Shown: in pieces, positions 50,182 to 64,000 of the stretch
Layout: each line of letters opens with the position of its first letter
Numbering within the stretch: the first letter of the stretch is position 1
Assembly (NCBI GenBank): GCA_002104945.1
Contig: MCFH01000077.1
Coordinates: 124,001 to 188,000, forward strand
Source: Piromyces finnis finn
Lineage: Eukaryota > Fungi > Neocallimastigomycota
Length of the DNA stretch: 64,000 bases
Direction of reading: 5' to 3'
Notes under the pieces: model-generated
Database searches by the model: none
The model's input: the letters and a program-made list of their open reading frames with translations, nothing else
What the model was told of the DNA's origin: nothing
Translations under genes and position numbers: made by a program

Positions 50182-53100
50182 ATGATGCAATATATTTCAA
50201 AAACACCATAAATAAAATATAAGTTAATGAACGTTAGCAATAGGGAATGATAGTTGAATAATATATTAGATAATATTGTATTTATTTCTATTTTATAATA
50301 ATGAAAATAAAATGATAAAATGATAAATAATAAAAATAATAAATTTTATAATAATATAATTAAATAGATCTTGGTTTAAAGTTTCTTTATTTAATTATTA
50401 TTATTATGATTATAACATTAATAACATTCAATACTAATAGAATCGAAAGTTATTATTTAATAAATATAAATAGTTAAATATAAAATGTAAATATAGAAAT
50501 ATGTTGATAAAATTATTATTAATAATAAAAATATAACTTCTCTGAAATAATAAACAATAAATATTCTTTTCTTTTATAATTAATATTTAAACCGAGTTAC
50601 ATATAATAAATACTAAATACATAATCATTAAACTAAAACTAAACTAAAACTAAACTAAACTAAAATAAAATAAAATAAAACTAATACTTAAAACTAAAAT
50701 ATCAAATATTATTTATAAATGAAAAGTTTTCTCTTCTTTAATATCTTATTCTTTATAACTGGGCTAGGGTTGTTATGTAACCTGGTCAGAATGTTTTGAT
50801 ATAATATAGCCTAATCTAGAATAAAATATTAAACTTGTTTTTAATAATATGAATTCATATGATAGATCTTAAGATTAATTTTTTAAATTACTTTTAAATA
50901 AAAAGTATTGTTTTAATCATTTTAAATTGTAAATATTTAATATTATAAATTGAGAATAACAATTGCTGATACTAATTATATATTCTCATGATTAATTAAT
51001 TAATAATTATAACTAATGATTTTTGATCCAAAGGTTTTTTGGTTTGATTATGATTGAGGTTATTAATCAAAAATTATTTGAAGATTATTAATTAATTTTT
51101 ATAATTGATTAGGTTTGGAATTAAGAATACTTATTATCTAACTTTATTTAGTAATAATGGAGAATTTTTTAAATTGAAATATTTATAGAAAGTTGGATGA
51201 CTTGAATAATGACTTTAATTATATAAATTAATATTGATCATTTTAATATATATTATTATATATTAATTGAAACTAATTAAATCTTTAAATAGCTATATCT
51301 CAAGAACTAATAGTCTAAATTAGCTGAAAATTTGTGAGAATATAGATCTCAACTAGTACTTTCTAATAAAGTTGATTTGAAGTCTCTAGAAAAGGAAAAT
51401 AGGACACGAGATTCAGAAGTTATCGCTAGTTTCGTATAGTGCATTTTCTTCTCAAGGGTTAATTTATTGAAAATTAAATTTTTGTGATCCTTAACCCTTT
51501 TCAATATTAAATTTTTTCAAGTGATCTTTCAATTATTTTTTAAAAGTATTTTATAATTTTTGAAATATAAATTTGATTTTAAAATTGTTTATTTGAATAT
51601 TTAATTTATTTTTTAATCGTCTTCTATTCTTGACATTATAGTTAATAATTCTATTATATAATAATTTATAGTGGAATTATTACACAAAAATGATGCGTTG
51701 ACCGATATATTTTTGAATAATGTAATGTTTTTAATAAATAATAAATTCTATATTATTATGATGAAACAATAAATTTAGAATAAAATAAAAATATGTTTTA
51801 TAATTAACAAATAAATCACTTAAAAATCGAAAATAAACTCTTATTATGTTTTAAATTAAATATTTATTATATTTTATAATTTATTTATTATCTATTTATT
51901 GTCCCCTTTCTATGAAGAAGAATTTTATCTTCCTTTTATACATTTTCATTTATTACATGTATTATTATTTTTAACTATTAAATATTATTATTACTATTGT
52001 TATTATTTATTAAAATTAAAAGAATAAATTAAAATTATGTCTTAGTATTATAAAATATTATAGAATATTACTTATTTGATTTTCTTATTACTTCAAAATG
52101 TTTAAATTTAGAAAAATTATTATAAATTATCATTGACTATCATTAAATGTATAATACCTTGAATAAAATAATTAAAATTTAAAATTAAAATAATATTAAA
52201 ATAAAATTAAAATAAAATTAAAATAAAAATTTAACAAAATTAAAATATTAAAAGTATCAATTATTATAAACACTCATTTTATACAGAAACATAAAAGAGT
52301 TCTGTATTTTATCTTTGGAATTGTTATTATTGTTCTATTTCCAGGTTTTAAGTTTATCATTTTAGTAATAATTACTCAATTAGCTATTTATTAATTTATA
52401 AGTTTAAGAGAATTTCTAAAGAACACTTGGATAAACACTGGAATTAATAATTTGATGTATACCATTTTATTTTTAGTTTATTTATTCATTTTTATTTATT
52501 TATTATTATTTTATTATTTTAGTACATTATTGGATTAAGTCGTTTTATTTTATTTAATAATTTATTTTATTTAATAATTTATTTTATTTAATAATTTATT
52601 TTATTTAATAATTTATTTTATTATTATCACTATTAGGTCGTTTTTACTCAGAATTTATTATATAATAAAGAGAATATTATTTATTTAAGAAAGGGTTATA
52701 TTTCATAAAATTATTATTCGTTCATTTTTAAGGGTTATTATCGTTTATTTTTATTATTATAAGTTACTATGGGTTAAGTCGTGTTTATTCAGCTAGTTTT
52801 TTATTATGTTTTTATGTGAGTAGCGTATCAAAAATGTTACGGTTCGAGGAATTTACTTTTATTTATAAAATATTAATAAATTTATTAATACTCAAAAATA
52901 ATATTAAAGTGAAATAAGAAAAATTGTTTTATTAAGATATTAATATAAAATTATAAAATAAAATAAAAATAAAAATAAAAATATCTGTATATTCTCTAAT
53001 TCTTATAATATACACCTTTTTATACTTTTTGTAAAAAATTAAGTAGTGTTAATTAAAAGAATTAGTCTTTAATTATTTACATTAATTTTAGTATTTAAAT

Positions 53101-54187
53101 TACTTTTAAATTAATAATAAGATTACATTACTATTATAATAAATATTTATACATATTATTAAATTGATTAACATACATTAAAAGTTTACTTTAAATATAT
53201 TTAACTAAAGAATTTTACTATTTTACAGAAATATTATTCATAATTTTAATTAATAAAAATTCATTAACTTGATAAATTAAACTAAAAGTTCAATAAACTA
53301 TAATTTTCAATATATTATTATTACTAAATTAATTTTTAAGTTTAATAAAATAAAATTTAAGTTCAATAAAAATAATTATTAATAATTTTAAATATAATTT
53401 AAGTGTATACATTAATTTACAAATAAGAATATTGTAAAGTTTTCATACATTTAGGAACAATAATGGATTAGGTTATAATCATTAATTATGACAAGAATAA
53501 CATTATTTGTTGGTTCCTTAACAAAAATGATAACGGATTGGTAGTTATATTACAACTTTTTAACTACTTCTTCTGTTATCTTATATTGTTTTATCTCGAC
53601 AGCTATTGTACGAGCTTTAACAATATCTACTAGTTTTATTAATTTATTTTAAGTTATTTTATAATTTTAATAGTTTTATTATTTTAATAATATTTATATA
53701 GAATAATAACACCAGATTTATTCTATAAAATATTATTTATTATTAACACAATAATTACAAATTAGACAAGTTTAATTTCGTTTTTATATTTTCTTTTATT
53801 TATTGTTCTTACGCTCTTTTTAACAATAATTTTTATTATATAAAAACTTATTTTTGTCTTTTAAATATTATTATGTATTCACTAATTAATTATATTAACT
53901 ATTATTAAAATTTAACTTATTATTAGTAATCTAAGTCTTCTCATTTTCTACTAAAAATTATTATTATTCTTTATATTAAAAATTATTTTTATAATTTAAT
54001 CCAATCAAATATATAAATTTATAAAATATTTGATTTTATGTAAATTATATTTTTATAATAAACTATATAAAATTATTTAATAATTATTTTATAATAAAAT
54101 TTTCTACTAATATCAAATTTATAATATATTTATAATTATTATTTATCAAAAAAAATGATAAATAATTAAATTTATAAATTATGAATT

Positions 54188-54189
<2 letters not shown>

Positions 54190-54260
<71 letters not shown>
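54190..54260. repeat. (AAT)n microsatellite
   Basis: Directly visible, about 23 units. Confidence 0.9.
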
Positions 54261-54334
54261 TTAAAACACAGATAGTTGAAAATTAAAATAATTAACATGT
54301 ATAAAATTATTAAATTAAAAACTATAAATGTAAA

Positions 54335-54365
<31 letters not shown>

Positions 54366-57300
54366 TAAATTAAATAGTTTATATTTGTTTATAATTATAC
54401 TTTAAAATAATAATTTTGTATAAATAGTGATAGAATTATTTTATTTTAAAAGATGTTCCTAATAATCCAGTAAAATTAGATAATAATATTAAATTTTATT
54501 AAAATAATAGTTGTGATTATATTTACATACATTCAAGATGTATTAAACCATAACATATATATATTTAACAATACAAGAGTTATTAAATATTAAAACTTTA
54601 TAATTAAATAAAATAATTTTATACTTTAAACTAACAAAGACTTGCAAATGAACAAGTATAAAAATCATTTATTCTATTTTTATTTTCTTATTTATTTTTA
54701 TTTATTAAATTTTAGATACAAATATTATCATGTTAAGGATTTCACTTCAGTTAGGTCGGAACGTACATATTTACCCTAAGTTTATCAATTAATTAAATAA
54801 TTGAATTAGTAAATTTTTAAATAAATAATATTTTATTAACTTTATTTATTAATAAATTTTTATTTAAAGAAAAATCTTTATTTATTAGTTATTATTATAA
54901 TTAGAGTAAATATTAAATGTAATGAACTCTCGAAATTCCTAATGATAGGAATTTTCTCGAGTATTTATACTATCTCTAATATTAAGGAATACATTTTAAA
55001 TTTAATACATGACTAATTATTTATATTAATTAACTATTCTATAAATTAATTATATATTAATTATATATGACTTTTCACTCGTGTTAAATTTAATAATTAT
55101 AAAAGTCATATTATCAATCATTTGTAGAAGGAATGATTATTTTATAATTTAGTTTTAATTTCCTTCTTAATCAAATGAACAAAGAAATATTAATTCAAAC
55201 TTTAATAAATATAAAATCTTAATAATTATAATTAATTAATATTTCTTAAAATATTATTTAATTATGTTTTATAATAAAATATTTCTAATTAATTAAACGA
55301 ATAAAACACTAATTAAATAAATAATCATGAATCCACTAATATTCATGACATATCACTTTCTATATTCCTTTATAGAATTAAGATAATATCCTCTTCGTAT
55401 CAAAAATGATAAGTGTTTAATATTATCTTAATTTATAATTAAATAATTATAAAAGTGATAATATTCTTATCAATTTATATAAAAAAAAAAGATTTAAAAT
55501 AAATTTTTATTATAAAGTTATTTGAAATATTTTAATTCGACATAACGATTATTAACAAAATATAAAAGTTATGTTTTAAAAACACAATTTTAAAATATAT
55601 TTTTGAATCAACTCTTTATTTAATACATTTATTAAAAGTATTGATTGATTTTTAAATTAGGAAATAATTACATGTATTTATAATTTTCTTTCTGTTTTAA
55701 CTTTTTAAAATAAAATATTAATATGTTTTAAAATAATAATGAATAATAAATAAAAGAAACAATTTATTTTAAAGTAATTAATTTAATTAATATAACCCTA
55801 TTTTACTATTTAAAATGTTATTTATACTATGTTTATTTTATAACAAAAATATAATTTAAACTGAGTTTTAATAAATAATTTTTATACTTTTAATTAAACA
55901 TTTAAATATTATTATTATTTATTATTTATTTTTAAGTTGTTTTGAGGGTTAGTTTATATCAAGATTATAATTTCATATTTATTAATTCCAATTTATATCA
56001 ATTTCTCCCTTCTTTAAGAATGAACTTCGTCCCTTGAAGTTCCTAAAGATTCCTCTCTTATTGTGTAGGGATAGATGTTTTTGATATGAACGTTTCTTGC
56101 TAATAGTTTTCCGGTTTGTGGGTCTTCTAAAACGACAGTATTGTATTGTGGTTTCTTTACAACTTTGAATGGTCCATAAAAATAGGGTTGCAGTTTAGTT
56201 CTATTGATTAATTTTATCATTACGTAATCTCCTTCTTTATATTTCTTTTTAAGTGCTTTGGAAAATCCAATTCGATGTTCCCAGTATTTATTTGCGTAAT
56301 CAGAGTATTCCATTGCTTCTTTTACCCATTTGTAGTGTCTTAAAAATCTTCTAAAATTGTACTCTTCTTCAGTTTCTTGTGGTTCTTTATATAAGTCTGG
56401 AAACATAATTTCCATAGGCCACGTATCTCGTCTTCCATATAATAATTCGAAGCTACTAAACTTTGTTTTAGTGCTTTTTGTGGTTCTTAGTGCCCATAAT
56501 ACTGATGGTAGGCACTCATCCCAATCCTGTTCATCTTCTATTAACATTCTTAATATCTTACCTATTTCCCGATTGCGATTTTCTATCATTCCATTTGAAG
56601 GTGGGTGATGTGGTGATACATAGTGCACCCATGATCCGTATAAATCTATCATCATCTTAGTTACGTCCGAAATAAAAGAACTTCCATTATCAGTTATTAT
56701 TAATTCTGGTGGACCATGTCGAGATATTACTTCTGTTAAAAATTTAATAATTTCTTCTGATTTAGTATTTGGGATTGCTTTGGCTTCAGGCCATTTTGTG
56801 AAATAATCTACTAAAGTTATTATGTAACTATTACCTGATCTGGTAGTTGGAAGTGGACCGATTATATCTAGTCCAACTCTTGTAAATGGTTTTTCCACTG
56901 GTGTGATATGGTCTTCTGTATATTTTGGTTGTGGTTTTGGTCTGAAGAGTTGACATTTCCTGCATGATTTTATCCACATTTTTACATCGTTCCATATTCC
57001 AGGCCAATAATACGAATCCATAATTCTTCTAGTAGTTTTATCTGAACCTTCATGTCCTATGTTGTGTGCTCTGTTTATAATGTCTTTTTTATCACTCTCA
57101 TTCTGTATAACTTTCAAAAACTTATCGTCTTTTACAAAATATAATGTATTGTCTAAAACTTTATAATTTTTATTAAAATATTTAATTATACCTTCTGGGA
57201 TATCTAAATCTTTTGGATTAATGTCATTCAAGATAGCGTTGATACTATTTATAATACCTTCATTTCCTTTTGATGGTAGTCTTGATAAGGCATCTGCAAA

Positions 57301-58466
57301 TACATTTCTTTTTCCTTTTTCGTATTTTATTGAAATATTGTATTTATTTATTTCTTCTATCCATCTTGCAATTCTTCCTTTAGTTGGTACATTTTTGTTG
57401 AAAAATCCAATTAATGGTTTGTGGTCAGTGATGAAAATGGTTTCATTTTTATTACTAATAATATATGGACTAAACTTTTTTAAACAGTAAATTAAAGCTA
57501 AACCCTCTAATTCTGTTACTGAATAATTTTCTTCACATGGCTTTAAAGACCTGCTTACACAATAAATTGGATGTTCCAATTTATCTTCCTCCATTTGCAA
57601 AAGAACACCCCCGATACCTTTAGTTGAAGCGTCTGTTCTGACTATAAAATGTTTATTGAAATCTGGATAAATTAAAATAGGATCCACTAATAGGCAGTGT
57701 CTTAAATCTTCAAATGCGTTGTTACATTCTTCTGTCCATATGTAATCTACATTTTTCTTGAGGAGTTTAAATAGAGGACTGGCTCTTATTGAAAAGTTTT
57801 TAATGAATTTTCTATAGTAGCTAACAATACCTAAGAAGGATCTAAGTTCTGAGATGTTTCTTGGTTTTTCCCATAGGGCAATACTTTGGACTTTGGATGG
57901 CGATGTTTTCAAACCTTCTGAAGTTAATACATGACCTAATACTTCTACTTTATCTTTAAAAAAAATGACACTTTTGAAGGTTAATAGATAAATTATATGT
58001 AGAAAATATTTCGAATACCTGTTTTAAATGACAAATGTGTTCTTTTAGATTTTTGGAATATATTACTATATCATCAATATAAACAAATAAACATTTGCCA
58101 ATTAAGGGCAAAAGTATTCTGTTCATTTCTCTTTGGAATGATGCCGGTGCATTGGTTAGACCAAAGGGCATCACTAAGAAATTGTAGTTCCCGAATTTAG
58201 TTGTGAAGGCTGTTTTCTCGATGTCTTCCTTATTCATAGGTATTTGATGATACCCTGAAAATAGATCTAATGCAGAGAATATTTTCGCACCTTTTACTGA
58301 AGAGAAAAGTTCATCTATAAATGGGAGTGCATAGGAATCTTTTATGGTAATGTTGTTTAGTTTCCTGTAATCTATGCACATTCTCCATTTTCCATTCTTT
58401 TTCTTAACTAGTAGAACTGGAAATGACCATGGCGAGTGCGATGGCTCAATCAATCCTTTGTCTAAT

Positions 58467-58833
58467 TGTAATGAGGTATATCTAATGATAAGGGTTAGAC
58501 TAGAAAATCATTAAGGTTAGATTAATGAAAATTTCATAATTATATTTTTATAACCAATCATTAAGTAATTAATTCACTTATCAAATTGTATTAAAAAAAA
58601 TAATTTTCATGTATAAAAGAGAGAATAAGAAAGATAAAATAGTTCTTTAGTGTTTTTATTAATAATTAATAAAAATTAGTTTTTTTTTGTTTCGTCTTTA
58701 GTTTGATAATACACTGACCTAGCGAGTTAGTCGTATTATAATAATAAATTTAATAAATAAACATTATTAAAAAAATACATATATATTTGATACATTAGAG
58801 TGTGTGTGTTTATTATTATAATATTTCGTTACA
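58467..58833. mobile_element. Solo LTR, family D (367 bp), inserted in pol of Gypsy B2
   Basis: Termini TGTAA...TTACA, 5-bp TSD CTAAT (58462-58466 and 58834-58838). Removal restores EIISLLDKGLIEPS. Confidence 0.9.
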
Positions 58834-60220
58834 CTAATAAAGATATTATTTCCTTTTTTAATATATCTGAATGATCTTTCGAAAGTTTGTATGGCTTTAA
58901 TTTTATAGGTTTGTTCGAAGTGGTGGTAATAGTATGTGGTTCCAATTTTGCGATTGTTAATTGTGATAATGAAGTAGCCATACACTTTTGATTGTTTATG
59001 ATAAGTTCTTTGAATTCTTTCCGTACTGGGTTAGGTACACTTTCAATTATTTCTTCTATGGTTTGTTGAAATTCTTTTTCTTCTTCTTTCGTTACTATAA
59101 CCGAGTTTAATAGTGGTGTATTTTGTCTATTATTTATTATATTTGTTATCTTTATTAAACCTTCTTCGCTCTTTTTATAGATTGCATCATCATCAGGGTC
59201 TATTAATAATCTATATTTCTTTTGAATTGTTCTTCCAATGATTATTTCATAAAAGGTATTATAATAATCAATAATATAAAAATTCTCTTTAATATTTAAA
59301 TTATTATCTATACTTATTTTTAATGGTATATATTTATTCGTAAAGATTATAGTTCCATCCGCTAGTTTTATTGTTAATTCTTCTTCTGTACTACAGATGT
59401 TTATATTTTTAATTTTACTTAATCCTTCTTTTGTAATAATGTTTACATTAGCACCAGTGTCAAATAATATTTTAAATGGTACGTTATTGATTTCCCCTAT
59501 AATTATTGGAATATTAGTGTTGGTGATATTGCAAATAATTCTTTCTACTCTTGGTTTTAGTCCTATTTCTAATTCTTTTCTAATTGCTGGGCTGGCTGCT
59601 AATAATTGTGATAAACTTATTTTTGGAAATAGGTTATAAGCTTCCTTTAATATATTGAACTTTTGATTTTTATTAAGCATTTGGATTTCTGTCATATTCC
59701 TCTTAGTTATCATTTTTTTACTATTATTTTCTATATTATTTGGTGTTTCCATAATAGTTTCTTTTTGCTTAAGAGTTTTTGAAGTTTCTTCTATTTTATT
59801 AATCTTTGTATTTCCATCATCTTCATTATTTTCCTCCTTTCTATTAATGTTTCCTTTATTGCCTCCATTATTTTTATTGTTTTCCTCATTTATTTTATTT
59901 TCATTAGTTTTGTTACTTTTATTATTTTTGTTGTCATTTTCTTCTCTGCTTTCTTCAACATAGCTTATTTCATTTTGGTTATCATTATTGTATTCATTAT
60001 ATTCACTTTCTTCTTCTGAGTCGATATCCATTATTCTTCTTCTTCTATCTCTGATTTCTTTCTTCTTTTGCTTTAATATATTAATTTTTGGTTGGTTCAA
60101 AATGGAAGGTTTTATTATTGACTTATTAGTATTATTTATTTTATTTTTATCTAATAGTTTAATAGATGTGTTTTTATTTTTGTGAAGCACATTTATTGTA
60201 TTTAGATTTTGATTTGGACG

Positions 60221-60271
60221 TGCAATTTTGTTTATATAGGGAGATTGCATACTCCCATCAATTAGTTTAAA
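60221..60271 (-). promoter_or_regulatory. Putative -1 ribosomal frameshift signal (slippery site plus H-type pseudoknot), Gypsy B2
   Basis: T TTA AAC at 60271-60265, then TAA. Stem 1 GGGAG/CTCCC. Loop TGCAAT pairs with downstream ATTGCA. The -1 frame leads into pol. Confidence 0.8.
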
Positions 60272-62091
60272 TAATTTTCTTCATCATAACTTTCAGGACA
60301 TTCGAAGTCTTGATGACCAATACGTAAGCAATTTGCACAGAAGTTTATCTTAAGTTCTGACAATTTTTGCGTTAACTCTTGAATTTCGTCGTTGTTGTCA
60401 GCATTATTTTTAAGTATATTTCTTCTTTTTTCCATTCTGTTATTGAATTGATTTCTATTATAATAATTACTTCTTTGTTCATTATTAATTATCTTATTAT
60501 TGTAATTATTATTTAAATTATCATTGTTGTTGTTATTTTGATAATATTTATTATAACCGTTTTTATTGTTAGGATAATCATAATTTGGTATATTATTATA
60601 AATTCTGTAATTTGGATTATTATTTGGATTATTGAAGTTAGAGACATATCTGTTACTATTATTATAATTTCTATATATGTTGTGATTATTATTGTACATC
60701 TTCTTAATTCTATCATTGTTGTCACTTGTATTTGGTAGTAAATAAGATGTACTAGTTTTATTCTTTGTGTTGTACATAATTTCACTATGATCTGTATTTT
60801 CTTGAAATTTGCTAAACTTATTTAATTTATTGAATTTTTCTTTGTTTGTTCCAGAGGGTATTGCCTTTCCTTTATTTTCTTTCATTAGGTTCATTATCTT
60901 CTCTTTCTTCGAAGTTATCTTCATGGCGTCTTCTAGGGTTGTTGGTTCTTCTTCCATAAGATTTTCATATATTTTTTCCCAGTTCCTGAAAGCATTAATA
61001 TAATAAGACGTTATAATTAATTCTGATAATGTGACGGTTTTATTTATTTGATTTAATAATTCCGTGAATCTTAAATCAAATTCAGAGATACTTTCATCTT
61101 TTTTATTGTAATAGAAGAGAGTTCTAAGATTTTTGAATTCTTGGAGGATGTTTTCTTGTAATGTTTACTGAGATTCTTTAAAATTGTCTCATAGTTATCT
61201 GGACTGCTTTTGTTTAAGGAATTATATACAATTGTTCTGGCCACATTCGCAGTTATTGCTAGTAAATAATCAATTTTTTCTGCTTCTTCAATGATTTTGA
61301 ATGTAGAACACCAATGGTCAAAGGAGAATTTCCATGAGTCAAAAGATATATTTGATTCGCCTAATATAGGTAATCTATTGAAAGTAATAATTTTTGTCTG
61401 GTTGTCCATTTTCTGTACTATTATTATGTTATTTCTTATATATTTTATATTTAAATAATTTCCTATTTTATTAATTATTATTATTTCTTATTTTTGTTTA
61501 TTAATTAATTATTGTTGATATTATTGATAATAATTATTGTCTATACTATTATTAAATGATAAATTTTTATTATAATTTATTATTATTATCTTAGAATATT
61601 ATCGTCAAATATTTGTATTTTTAATATTATTACTAATTATTATTAATTATTACTAATTATTAATCATTAATTATTTATTATTTATTATTTATCCTTTTAT
61701 ATTTATTATTATTATTATTCAATGTTTAGTAATATCATTATTTGTGATATGTTATTTACTAGTGTTTTAACTATTTTATTTATGATTATATATTTCAATT
61801 TATATATATATATATATTTATATTTTTTTTTATATTTTTATTACTTTAATATATCTTGCATAATATAATTTATTTTATTGTTAATTTTAATTTAATTATT
61901 ATATCAAGTCACATAACAATTTATATATTTAAAATATTATTTATTATTATTTGTATATTTTATATTCAATTGCTCGATTGATGTATATAAATCACTTTAT
62001 GTAAATGTATTTATATAATTTCATATGTTTTATTATAATTGTTATTAAATATTATTATTCACTATTAATATATATTTTATTCAATAACATA

Positions 62092-62122
<31 letters not shown>

Positions 62123-62799
62123 GTTTTATATATATATAAATATATGAAGTAAATATTAATACTTAGCTTCACCGGCCTTTAAAGGATTCTCCACCAAATT
62201 TGATAAGTGTTTAATATTATCTTAATTTATAATTAAATAATTATAAAAGTGATAATATTCTTATCAATTTATATAAAAAAAAAAAGAATTAAAATAAATT
62301 TTTATTATAAAGTTATTTGAAATATTTTAATTCGACATAACGATTATTAACAAAATATAAAAGTTATGTTTTAAAAACACAATTTTAAAATATATTTTTG
62401 AATCAACTCTTTATTTAATACATTTATTAAAAGTATTGATTGATTTTTAAATTAGGAAATAATTACATGTATTTATAATTTTCTTTCTGTTTTAACTTTT
62501 TAAAATAAAATATTAATATGTTTTAAAATAATAATGAATAATAAATAAAAGAAACAATTTATTTTAAAGTAATTAATTTAATTAATATAACCCTATTTTA
62601 CTATTTAAAATGTTATTTATACTATGTTTATTTTATAACAAAAATATAATTTAAACTGAGTTTTAATAAATAATTTTTATACTTTTAATTAAACATTTAA
62701 ATATTATTATTATTTATTATTTATTTTTAAGTTGTTTTGAGGGTTAGTTTATATCAAGATTATAATTTCATATTTATTAATTCCAATTTATATCAAAAA

Positions 62800-64000
62800 T
62801 GATATAATTTGATAATAATCTTAATTTTGAATTTTACTTCAAAAAGTGATTATTATATTATATCTTTTGTTATAACTATATAAGTTATATTGATTAAGAT
62901 TTAAAATCGTTTTTATAAAAATTAATAAAATTGTTTTGTTAAAACACTAAATTGTTTTATTAGAAACACTTGTTTTTCTAATATTTAAATATTTAAAATT
63001 TTATTTATTTAAGTATAAAAGTGATTATTAAAATTATAAAATATTAATCTAACTATATAATATTTCTTTATTAATAATAATAATTATGATTAAAATAAGA
63101 ATATTTACATGTATTTATATTTTCTTTTGAATTTAAACTATTTACATTAAAACAATAAAATTAATAACTATTTACAATAAAAGTAATAAAAGTAATTAGA
63201 AATAACAATAAAAGAAATAATTAAAAGTTAAAGAATATAAAAAGTTGTTTATTTTACAATTAATTAAAGTAATAATTATTTTTAGTATTTTAATAAAAGT
63301 GTTTAATTATATTATTTTATAACATGAATTATTATATTTGTTTACTTTTAAAGTGTAATTTACTAACGAAGTTATTAAACATTTAATTTAACAATTAATT
63401 TAACAAAAGTTATATATTTTGATCTCGATTAATTAAAGTTTATTATTTTCTTTCAATAATCAAAATATATGCAGTGTTAAGGATTAATTTTATTTTAAAA
63501 TTTTGGTAAACTATAACTTATTTTAAGTTACTTTTTAGGGTTAACTTAAAATGTAAAAGTTTTACTAAACTTATGATTTAATATTAAAATATTAAATTAA
63601 ATAAAAGATTAAAAGATAAATAGGTTAGAAAAAATGTTTTAGTAAAATAATCTTAATTGTTTTATAAGCGAATAATTAAATTATATATTGTGATTAAAAT
63701 AATTTCTTTTTATTTTGTTTAAATAAAATATTAATAAAGAATATAATAATAAAATTATTTAATAGCAATACTTATTAAGTATTGATTATTGTTAATAATC
63801 TTTACAAAGATTTTAATTCCATAAACTATTCTAAACTATTTATACTATTTGTAATTTTACATTTAATAATAAAATAACTTTTCAATACATGATTATATTC
63901 ATAATATATTTTATAATACTAAAACTATACATTAATTATTATTATAGTTACTAATTTACTTTAATACTAACGCTAAAGTATTTAACGTTAGTTTTAACTA
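62800..64000. repeat. Start of another TGATA-terminated LTR-like repeat, runs off the window end
   Basis: Begins TGATATAATTTG. The inverted homolog ends at exactly the equivalent base (42742). Segments are also shared with 43900-44805. Confidence 0.6.

Larger units (their letters stand above)
56014..61409 (-). pseudogene. Gypsy B2 gag and pol, in pieces
   Basis: gag 61409-61071 plus 60957-60262 (knuckle CANCLRIGHQDFEC). pol 60250-58829 (LFDTGA), 58453-57956 (RT YIDD), 57912-56014 (RNase H RTDAS, integrase). Single-base frameshifts in homopolymers near 61100 and 57960, and a solo LTR insertion. Confidence 0.88.
55407..62795 (-). mobile_element. Young Ty3/Gypsy element, family B copy 2, interrupted by a solo LTR
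   Basis: LTRs 55407-56000 and 62201-62795 (TGATA...TATCA, about 2 differences seen). 4-bp TSD AAAA. PPT AAAGAAGGGAGAAAT. PBS TGGTGGAG fits a tRNA-Ala 3' end (U70 C71 C72 A73 CCA). Confidence 0.9.

Noticed and set aside
61095-61106. A AAA AAG heptamer in B2 gag as a second programmed frameshift
   Set aside because: The homologous B1 gag is in frame here. A one-base homopolymer loss (mutation or long-read error) explains it, as does the extra base near 57960.

Overview
Extremely AT-rich eukaryotic DNA, most likely an anaerobic gut fungus (Neocallimastigomycota), inferred from four fungal non-catalytic dockerin repeats in one gene. Most of the window is transposon-derived: one Ty1/Copia element, a Tf1-like chromodomain Ty3/Gypsy inserted just upstream of a tRNA-Cys gene, two related minus-strand Gypsy elements, several solo LTRs with target-site duplications (TSDs), three LINE 3' remnants and two apparently identical copies of a tRNA-related SINE. 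The non-TE genes are a dockerin/ricin-bearing PI-PLC, a Cys-rich membrane protein, and an intronless cluster (about 10-18 kb) that includes a Nucleocytoviricota-type D6/D11-like helicase and looks virus-derived. The most striking structure is at 27114-31429: a young LTR element with apparently identical LTRs, PBS, PPT and a 5-bp TSD. It has no gag-pol and instead carries a gene for a secreted Cys-rich permuted papain-like (PPPDE-like) protein. All calls come from manual reading; no database searches were run.
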